Positions 16,269 to 23,276 of a DNA stretch of 28,169 bases are shown one piece after another. Both the position numbers and the translations under genes were made by a program. Every line of letters starts with the position of its first letter. The first letter of the stretch is position 1. The stretch comes from a virus. Lineage: Duplodnaviria > Caudoviricetes. The notes under the pieces were generated by a model, which was not told the DNA's origin, did not search any database, and saw only the letters and a list, made by a program, of their open reading frames with translations. Where the stretch lies: the IMG/VR virus record IMGVR_UViG_3300033489_000049, positions 1-28,169 of that record; one strand, given 5' to 3'.

Positions 16269-16424
16269 CTAAACGTACTTAAGCTCAAAGCGCACACAAA
16301 GGAGGCTGGCAACGGTATGCAGCGTCTCGAATTCGAATCCGCTGGCCTCCGCCTTAATCGTTTCCGCAATTTTCAGGGCAAGCGCGGCCCTTTCCGTAAG
16401 TGTCAATGTCTTTTCTTTTTCCAT
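16269..16424 (-). CDS. Small hypothetical protein
   Basis: MEKEKTLTLTERAALALKIAE...; convergent with the 58-aa ORF. Confidence 0.5.
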   Translation of the reverse strand: MEKEKTLTLTERAALALKIAETIKAEASGFEFETLHTVASLLCVRFELKYV

Positions 16425-16599
16425 TTGCTTTTTCCCCGTCCTCAAATCCATGTTTATACCCATGCTGAAATTCTTCCCGTGCGATCTGTTCAACGATCGG
16501 CGACAGCAGACCCACCAGCCAAGTCGCGTGCGCCCCACCCAGCCGCTTCGCCGTTTCCTGCCAGGATTCATCCTTCGATGTCCGATGTTCAGCGTTCAT
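16354..16599 (-). CDS. Hypothetical protein
   Basis: MNAEHRTSKDESWQ...EEFQHGYKHGFEDG; GAGGTG RBS. Confidence 0.55.
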   Translation of the reverse strand: MNAEHRTSKDESWQETAKRLGGAHATWLVGLLSPIVEQIAREEFQHGYKHGFEDGEKANGKRKDIDTYGKGRACPENCGND

Positions 16600-17395
16600 T
16601 TCTTTGCACCTCAAACGTTTTAACCTCCAACCTCGCCAGAGCCAATATGCTCGGTTTGATTTCCTCCGGCGCATCCTTATATCCGTGTTTGTTCAATCTG
16701 AGCAATTCAGACCTGGAGACCAGCGCCAAATTGTCCGGATCGAAATTCAGTTTGTCCCCGTCTTTAAAGATCACCGCATGGCCGTCCGGTACCGGTCCGT
16801 GGATCTGCTCCCAAATATGGACGTGTTTTGCCTTATATCTCGTAGGAAAACCGGCGTAAGGGTTGCGTTCCCGCACCTTGATCATCACATAGTCCTTCTC
16901 GATCCGTTCGGAACCGTCCGGTTTCCGGTTGGCGGGCACGTTTCCCTTTCGGAAACTGGTTTTGTTTGCTCCCGTAAGCCCCTGCCCCTTTGTACCTTTG
17001 TTCCAGGGCGTAAATCCTTTTTCAAAAAACCCGGTCCGGCCAGAGGTGATGCCCCGGTTATGCACGAATGTTTTGATCTGATGATGTGTCATGGACGTGT
17101 CGAATCTTTGGTTGAATATATCCGTCATCTCCGCAATGCTTCGGCCCGCATAATTATCCCGTATGAACCGGATCTGCTCCGGAGTAAACAGCCGGATCCG
17201 GTTGACCAGCCGGTCTTTTGGTTTTCGCCCGCAGGTGATGTGGTGGTTTTTAAGCGCAGATTTTATCTGGCACTCGTTTTTTTTCTGCCCAAAGGCCCGG
17301 TTGAATGCCGCTGTCAGATCGCTCACCTTCATAGACCGGTATTCGTCTTTTAAAAATGCCAGGGCGCCCGGTGTGTATCTATTCCTTCTCGTCAT
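16589..17395 (-). CDS. HNH endonuclease family protein
   Basis: FEKGFTPWNKG, FRKGNVPAN, KHVHIWEQIHGPVP.GH.V.FKDG...N...NL. Start moved to 17395. Confidence 0.85.
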   Translation of the reverse strand: MTRRNRYTPGALAFLKDEYRSMKVSDLTAAFNRAFGQKKNECQIKSALKNHHITCGRKPKDRLVNRIRLFTPEQIRFIRDNYAGRSIAEMTDIFNQRFDTSMTHHQIKTFVHNRGITSGRTGFFEKGFTPWNKGTKGQGLTGANKTSFRKGNVPANRKPDGSERIEKDYVMIKVRERNPYAGFPTRYKAKHVHIWEQIHGPVPDGHAVIFKDGDKLNFDPDNLALVSRSELLRLNKHGYKDAPEEIKPSILALARLEVKTFEVQRNER

Positions 17396-18179
17396 AACCT
17401 TCCACTCCGAGCATCGGTACCGGATGGCGGATAAGCCGGTCGTTAACGGCGATATGGGCATCCAGCACCAGCCTGGCGTTGCCGATAATCTGCGAGGCCA
17501 CATGACTGATCGTTTTTGCCCGGATAATTTCCTTGCTAAAGGCATCTCCGGAGAGGTTATCGCTGGACAGCCGCTCCATCTGATCGAACAGATAATCGTT
17601 TAAATCCGCCAGCTTGTTTTTAATCCCCGAACCTCCTATGTCAGGCTTTTTTGTGTTACCGTTATTTTTCGCTTCTTCATTGTTCGATGTTGGATGTTCG
17701 GTATTCGATATTCGACATTCGTCTTTTTCTTTTTCGCTGCTCACTGATAACGGCTCACTGCTCACTTTCTTCCCCTGATCCCTGTCTTTTTTCGGTTCAT
17801 ACCTGGTCCACGGATATTTCTCGATGCAATCCTCACAGCTTTTCAGCCGTTTGGCCTTTTTTATTGTGCCAAAAGGGAATTTCTCTATCGGCTTCACATG
17901 CCTACAGATGTTACATCTCCGCTCCTTTTCCTCCAGGCTTGCCCCGTTAAACCCGGTTTTGCTTTTGTTTAACTGGGGTCCCTCGTCCATCATCCCTCGT
18001 CCCTCAATATTCATCCCCGCATTTCCCGCAAGCATAATTCCCTCCGGTACACTGTGCGTCATGCCCCCCAAGGCCTCCACATATGCCCACCGTTTCTCGC
18101 ATTTCCGGCAGGTCTCGTTCCCCTTATCCTCATGCAGCAATTCACACGACAAACACGGATTTTTTAGTTCAACTGCCAT
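17379..18179 (-). CDS. Cys-rich hypothetical protein with C-terminal helical phage domain
   Basis: Four CxxC pairs; C-terminal KNKLADLNDYLFDQMERL...EIIRAK; several repeat-derived inserts. Confidence 0.7.
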   Translation of the reverse strand: MAVELKNPCLSCELLHEDKGNETCRKCEKRWAYVEALGGMTHSVPEGIMLAGNAGMNIEGRGMMDEGPQLNKSKTGFNGASLEEKERRCNICRHVKPIEKFPFGTIKKAKRLKSCEDCIEKYPWTRYEPKKDRDQGKKVSSEPLSVSSEKEKDECRISNTEHPTSNNEEAKNNGNTKKPDIGGSGIKNKLADLNDYLFDQMERLSSDNLSGDAFSKEIIRAKTISHVASQIIGNARLVLDAHIAVNDRLIRHPVPMLGVEGYDEKE

Positions 18180-18239
18180 TTTTACCTTCACTCGCGCAGA
18201 GGCGCAGAGAAATGTTTAAGTTTTTTCTTCTCCCTTCCT

Positions 18240-18827
18240 TCAGTCTTCAGTCTTCTCTCGCAGGGTGGGACTGTCACCTTCAGTCTTCAGCCTTCTACCT
18301 TCAGTCTTTCTTGCCTCAATCTTTTTCATAGCCTCGATCACCTGGTGCGCCTTCTCAAACGTGAGAAAATTCTCATGATCCACCCGGAACCGTTTTTTCA
18401 AAAATCCCCGCAGGGCAGGAAGGGCTTTGCCTTTATCATAATACCCCGCCGGCATCGAATACCACAGCGCATAAATCTTTTTAACCTGTCCATCCGTCGC
18501 CATCCCCGGCCGGTTCTGCTCTTCCTGGCTCTGATATTTTTTCTCCGCCTGCCCCGTTAAACCCGTTTTTGTGTTTTGTTTAACCGGGGCGCCCTCTGCG
18601 CCTCCGCGGTGAGCGACCTTTTCCCGCATTTCCCGCTTTTCTCGCGTTTCCCATTGGAACCCACTCTCTTCAAAATGCTTCACCACCGCCAGATACCCGG
18701 CGTAGCTCAAATCCCGCGAACTCTTAACCCCGCCGTGCGCCAGCAAAATATCCCTGTAGGTATCCTCATCCAGCCCAAGCTGAGACTTTGCTATATGAAC
18801 AATGGCTTTTTGTTTATTGCTGATCAT
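18240..18827 (-). CDS. gemA: Mu GemA (DUF1018) protein
   Basis: VHIAKSQLGLDEDTYRDIL...SSRDL...GF...QVKKIYALW...VIEAMKK. Confidence 0.88.
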   Translation of the reverse strand: MISNKQKAIVHIAKSQLGLDEDTYRDILLAHGGVKSSRDLSYAGYLAVVKHFEESGFQWETREKREMREKVAHRGGAEGAPVKQNTKTGLTGQAEKKYQSQEEQNRPGMATDGQVKKIYALWYSMPAGYYDKGKALPALRGFLKKRFRVDHENFLTFEKAHQVIEAMKKIEARKTEGRRLKTEGDSPTLREKTED

Positions 18828-18905
18828 ATCTATTATCTTTCACCACAGAGACCACAGAGGTCACAGAGAAAAACATTTTAATTAATTGTCTGTGTTTGTC
18901 TGTGG

Positions 18906-19616
18906 CTAAAAAATATTTTTTACCAACAGTTGCAACCGTTCCGCCTGCGCCGCGATCTCCGCCACCCGCGCCCGCGGCAGCAAAATAGACCCGTATTTCT
19001 GCCCTATTTTTCTTAAACCATCTGCAAATTTCTCCGGATCTTTGCTCATCCGCTCCAGAAAAGCGTCCACCACTTCTATCGGCGCGGGATCTCCCACCCG
19101 TCTTTTAATCGGCCCCGTATAATCCGTTTTATCCACCAGATCCTCAAACTCAAACGTGAGCTGCTCCACCATTTCTACCATCGCGGCCTTCTTCCCGCGC
19201 GAAGCCTTGACCAGCCCGGTCATGCCTCTCGCCCGGAATGTTGCGTAAAACTCGTCGGCCTCTTCTTTGCTCTCCGCAATCCAATACCCCCCGCCGGTAC
19301 CGGCCTTGGAAAGCAAAGGTACGTGATCGTGCTTGACGAGGATATGATTATGTAAATACCTGATTTCCCGCTTAAGCCCGTCGATCATATAAGGATGCTC
19401 TTTGCATTGATTGAGATAAACAGGGATATTCTCCTCCAGCAGCCCGATATCTCCATTTGCAACGGCAAACCTTACCGCCAGCTCGTCGGCGGCAATCGCA
19501 TTCTCCGGCCCCACATGATCCTCCCAGAGAATCCCGACAAACGCGCTTTCCACGGTGGTCAAATGCTTATCGTGAACACCTGTCTTTAGGTTGAATCCCA
19601 GATCTTCGAGTTTCAT
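18906..19616 (-). CDS. Hypothetical protein, possible winged HTH
   Basis: HVGPENAIAADELA...GGYWIAES. Confidence 0.7.
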   Translation of the reverse strand: MKLEDLGFNLKTGVHDKHLTTVESAFVGILWEDHVGPENAIAADELAVRFAVANGDIGLLEENIPVYLNQCKEHPYMIDGLKREIRYLHNHILVKHDHVPLLSKAGTGGGYWIAESKEEADEFYATFRARGMTGLVKASRGKKAAMVEMVEQLTFEFEDLVDKTDYTGPIKRRVGDPAPIEVVDAFLERMSKDPEKFADGLRKIGQKYGSILLPRARVAEIAAQAERLQLLVKNIF

Positions 19617-19731
19617 ACTTTCTCGCCTTCCCCGATACTAACCGCGAATAAACGCGAATATACGCTAATGGTTTTTTTTGATTTGCGTTCATTCGCGTTC
19701 ATTCGCGGTTCCTTTTTTCTCGCCTTCCCCG

Positions 19732-19950
19732 TTAAATCTTTCCGTCGGTAACCAACTGCTCCACAGCATTTTCATATTGCCGCTCATACCCCTGACCGAT
19801 CCGGACGTACAAGCCCTCGCGCATATGTGGCGGCAGCGCATAATAGCAGTTATAGCAAAACGCAAACCCCCGCCGTTTCGTAGCCCCGCAGATGCACTCC
19901 TCACTGGCCAGTTCCTTCACATAATATTCTGTTTCAGCAATCCGGCTCAC
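19732..19950 (-). CDS. Small Cys-rich hypothetical protein
   Basis: CxC...CxxC; overlaps the upstream stop codon. Confidence 0.6.
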   Translation of the reverse strand: MSRIAETEYYVKELASEECICGATKRRGFAFCYNCYYALPPHMREGLYVRIGQGYERQYENAVEQLVTDGKI

Positions 19951-20483
19951 TTCTCATCTACCCCCAATATCCAGTTTCGATTTTCCAGTTTCCGGAAATC
20001 CTTTAACGACATCAACCCTTCATCCTTCGATGTTCGATGTTCGATGTTCGACGTTCGACGTTCAGTTCTTTTTATTTCTTCCCTTTCCATTTCTTCAGCC
20101 GCTGTCATCCCCTCAGCGCTGATCCGCTCCGAATGCTCAGTCAAAATCTTCTTGAAATAATTATGATTTTTAAATCCGAACTTATCCAGATTGCATACTA
20201 CCTGGAGCCCCGCTTTGATCGATGGTTTATCCACCCGGTATTGTTTTCCGGAATAACTATACATCCCCGTCTCCCAGAATTTGGCCAGATCGGAAAGCAG
20301 TCGCACCCGTTTTTTCAGGCTCACGTCGCTATGTTTGTCTGCCCGGAATGCGTCCACATATTCGTTTGACAGTGCCCAGATGGGAGACATCGCAGCTGCC
20401 AGCCGCACCATCTCCTCCAGCGCTGTATGGTTCAGAGCCTCATCAAAGTTAAACTTCTTTCTACAGTGAGGACAAACGATCAT
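19947..20483 (-). CDS. Hypothetical protein, Mu-like semi-essential region
   Basis: N-terminal CPHC, Y..AFR, NHNYFKKIL. Confidence 0.7.
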   Translation of the reverse strand: MIVCPHCRKKFNFDEALNHTALEEMVRLAAAMSPIWALSNEYVDAFRADKHSDVSLKKRVRLLSDLAKFWETGMYSYSGKQYRVDKPSIKAGLQVVCNLDKFGFKNHNYFKKILTEHSERISAEGMTAAEEMEREEIKRTERRTSNIEHRTSKDEGLMSLKDFRKLENRNWILGVDEK

Positions 20484-20510
20484 TTTCCCAGTTTCCAGTT
20501 TTAATTTTTC

Positions 20511-20681
20511 CTATCTCTTTTCCGCCCGCATCATCAATATATACGCCGTCGCACATGCCTCAACGCATGAGCACAGTGTGATGATGCATTGCGCATCCTC
20601 GATTTTTATTTCGTTGTCCAACGCGTCCGTATGCGCCTTCAAATCTTCAACCAACTCTTTTAACTGTTCGACGTTTTTCAT
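20511..20681 (-). CDS. Small hypothetical protein (56 aa)
   Basis: Hand-translated MKNVEQLKELVEDLK...MRAEKR*; GGAGG RBS. Confidence 0.6.
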   Translation of the reverse strand: MKNVEQLKELVEDLKAHTDALDNEIKIEDAQCIITLCSCVEACATAYILMMRAEKR

Positions 20682-20764
20682 CTTGTTTCCTCCAATTTTC
20701 CTTCAGCCTGCCCCGTTAAACCAGCCTTTTCTTTTGTTTAACTGGGGTCTATCTACCTTCAGCC

Positions 20765-21163
20765 TTATTCCCTATTGACCACACTCAAACCCGGACCGGT
20801 GTCTACATTTATCGACACGTTAACATTGACGGTTATCGGATGCAGGTTTTTCGGGGACGCAGGTGGAGTGGTGTCTATGCGATGGACTAGCTCAACAGAA
20901 TAATCGCTTTCGTTTTTATCATTATCGTACGCTTTGGCTGCAAAATAATAGATAGTGTTATCATTGAGGCCTTTAATGGTGTATTGGGTTACCTTCCCCA
21001 CATTGATTGCAGGGCTGTAGCTCCGGGATGAGATCCCGTAATATATTTTATACCCGGCCAAATCAGTCTCGGTATTGGCATCCCAGGCCAGCGTTACATC
21101 CGCCGCCTGCGCTGAAACGCCGCACAATATAATCGCAACTAATATAAATAGAATTTTTTTCAT
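20765..21163 (-). CDS. Secreted fibronectin type III domain protein
   Basis: Signal peptide MKKILFILVAIILCGVSAQA; VTLAWD..LAGYKIYYG...YTIKGL...YYFAAKAYD...ES.YS. Confidence 0.88.
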   Translation of the reverse strand: MKKILFILVAIILCGVSAQAADVTLAWDANTETDLAGYKIYYGISSRSYSPAINVGKVTQYTIKGLNDNTIYYFAAKAYDNDKNESDYSVELVHRIDTTPPASPKNLHPITVNVNVSINVDTGPGLSVVNRE

Positions 21164-21231
21164 TTTAATCTCCCCTTTCGTCATTTATTTTTAATTTTCC
21201 TGCATTGTCTTCTAACAGGTGCACACTTCCC

Positions 21232-21501
21232 TCACTCAAACCGGTTGTGATAATGAATAATATGTTGCTCAATCCGATAGAGCATTTCCCATATCGGGAT
21301 TTCATCTCGTAGATACCTGGCCACAGCCAGCCCAATTTGAATGGATAGATCTATGGCCGCATCTATGGTCTGCTGTTGGGGAGGTTTTCGACGTTTCTGT
21401 AACGATTTTTTTAATTGTATTAAGTGTGCCCATAGGATATGCAGTTGTCCTTCAACTGTGATGACTTCATCCAATAACTCATGGTTTTTATATGGCATTA
21501 C
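21232..21501 (-). CDS. Hypothetical protein
   Basis: Helical ORF in operon orientation; start uncertain. Confidence 0.45.
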   Translation of the reverse strand, partial: VMPYKNHELLDEVITVEGQLHILWAHLIQLKKSLQKRRKPPQQQTIDAAIDLSIQIGLAVARYLRDEIPIWEMLYRIEQHIIHYHNRFE

Positions 21502-21607
21502 CATAAATCCAAACAATGTATGCTATGACAATAAGTGTTGCGATAAAACATATTGAATCGAAGATGATCCGGGAGGCTATTTTTCTTTTCGTGTTTTTTG
21601 AGCCCAT
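21488..21607 (-). CDS. Small membrane peptide
   Basis: MGSKNTKRKIASRIIFDSICFIATLIVIAYIVWIYGNAI; GGAGGAG upstream. Confidence 0.5.
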   Translation of the reverse strand: MGSKNTKRKIASRIIFDSICFIATLIVIAYIVWIYGNAI

Positions 21608-21608
21608 A

Positions 21609-21788
21609 TCATCCCGTCTCCTCCTGGTTGCTCGCGGATTTTTTAATTTCGTACAATGGCAGCATCCATTTTTTGAGAGGGTATACCGCCCGCGACCCGC
21701 AACGCGGGCAATTCCCCTGAGCCAACTCCCTGCAATCGCATATTTCGTCACAATTCATACATAGATAGGCATAATTAATCTGTGTCAT
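21609..21788 (-). CDS. Small zinc-ribbon protein (59 aa)
   Basis: Hand-translated MTQINYAYLCMNCDEI...NCPRCGSRAVYPLKKW... Confidence 0.65.
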   Translation of the reverse strand: MTQINYAYLCMNCDEICDCRELAQGNCPRCGSRAVYPLKKWMLPLYEIKKSASNQEETG

Positions 21789-21789
21789 A

Positions 21790-22313
21790 TTATCCCGTGT
21801 CCTTTCCGTGAAGAATCCGTGGTGGTTTTTTGTTTTCCCTGATCCTTTTCAGCTTCTCCCGCTTCGCCTCATTCACCGGCGTATCCGGCCCAGGATCGTT
21901 AATCATCTGCCATGTATCCATCGATGTTTTTTTAATAATCCCAGCCCGTTTCAAAAACCCAAGAAACTCCAAGACCGTGGACCGTTTAGCCCCGGATAAT
22001 CTTTCGATCTCTCCGGTATCGAAAAACCGGTGGGACCGGACCAGATGCCACATGATGTCGTTGTATGTCCGGGAAGTGATATTTCTCGGCTGGTACCGGT
22101 ACCGTCCAGGCTCGATAATAACGTGCTCCCCGGTCCGCTTCATGTTGGCAAACGCTCCTTTGATTTGCATGGTGGAAAGATAGGGCGCAAAATCTTCTAT
22201 GTCCGGCAGCGTATATTCTCCAAACATCTTCGCAACTGCCCGCACCTTAAGCGTAATCGTCGGAAGCGCCGTAATATTTTTACGAATTTTCTGCTTCTCT
22301 GATTGTTTCATCA
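21790..22313 (-). CDS. Putative DNA-binding protein with tandem wHTH-like regions
   Basis: MWHLVR...F...EIERLSGAKRSTVLEFL..L..AG.I...W.MINDPGP; follows MuB. Confidence 0.65.
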
Positions 22314-22399
22314 TCTCTCGCCGCCACACATAGCCCTAAAATGATTATGCCGACATTTGCCCCAATAAAAACCCCTATAAAAAACGCAACCCAAATCAT
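22280..22399 (-). CDS. Small hydrophobic protein (39 aa)
   Basis: MIWVAFFIGVFIGANVGIIILGLCVAARD... Confidence 0.55.
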   Translation of the reverse strand: MIWVAFFIGVFIGANVGIIILGLCVAARDDETIREAENS

Positions 22400-22437
22400 T
22401 TTATTCCGTGCCCTTTCCGTGATAAATCCGTGGTAAA

Positions 22438-23136
22438 TTATTTCCCACGGAGTCCTTGTTTGATCGCCATCCGCACCAGATCATCGCTGATTTTATCAGG
22501 TTTATTCACGGCGATCATGTCTTCAAGCCGACGGACATCTCTGGCGACCAGCCGGAAGTCCCCGTCAGAAGCCTCCCGGATCATTTCTCCCTGGTTAGCG
22601 GTCAGCGCCAGATCGGCCGCCTGCTTGGCAAAGAACAGAATGTCGGTTGTGGTGATTGGCCCGAACTCCACGCACTGATGCGTCCGGCTCCATATCCTTT
22701 TTTCTTTTTCCATTTTGTGCCGGATCAGGAGCTCTCCCACCAGGGCAAATGGCGTAAGAGAAACATCGGCCAGGTCCCGAATCCAGTCCAGGAGCGTTTC
22801 GGAGAGTTTATCCGCCTCATCCACGACTACTGTACGACCGGTGGATAGCAGAGTTCTTTTTATAGCCTCAAACGCCGGTTTCTTACGTCCGGGAATGGGA
22901 TCAACGCCCAACTCAAAGCAAAAATCCTGGAGCATCCATAATTCGGTCCAGCCCCGCAGCGCCCGGACGTAGCACCATCCCTCCTGTGCCGCAAAAAACC
23001 TAGCTGCGGACGTTTTTCCCCGGCCCGCCTGCCCGTAAAATACCAGCAACGCAGGCTCGGATTTGATCTTCTCCGCCTCCCGCATAGGAGCGATAAAATT
23101 CTTTACATTCTGCGTATGAACAAACACGTTTTTCAT
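22438..23136 (-). CDS. muB: MuB-like AAA+ transposition ATPase
   Basis: Walker A GQAGRGKT, Walker B VVVDEAD, WSR, GDFR; downstream of the transposase. Confidence 0.93.
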   Translation of the reverse strand: MKNVFVHTQNVKNFIAPMREAEKIKSEPALLVFYGQAGRGKTSAARFFAAQEGWCYVRALRGWTELWMLQDFCFELGVDPIPGRKKPAFEAIKRTLLSTGRTVVVDEADKLSETLLDWIRDLADVSLTPFALVGELLIRHKMEKEKRIWSRTHQCVEFGPITTTDILFFAKQAADLALTANQGEMIREASDGDFRLVARDVRRLEDMIAVNKPDKISDDLVRMAIKQGLRGK

Positions 23137-23276
23137 ATTTCAAATTTCCAGTTTCCAGCTATTAACCGCGAACACACGCGAATATACGCTAATGATTTCT
23201 TCTAATTTGCGTTCATTAGCGTTCATTCGCGGTTCCTTTTCACTTTTCTCGCTTTTCTCGCTTTTTTCATCAGCCT

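Noticed and set aside
19726-19740. Fifth copy of the CCCCGTTAAA hairpin
   Set aside because: Only the left arm matches; no GTTTAAC-GGGG partner
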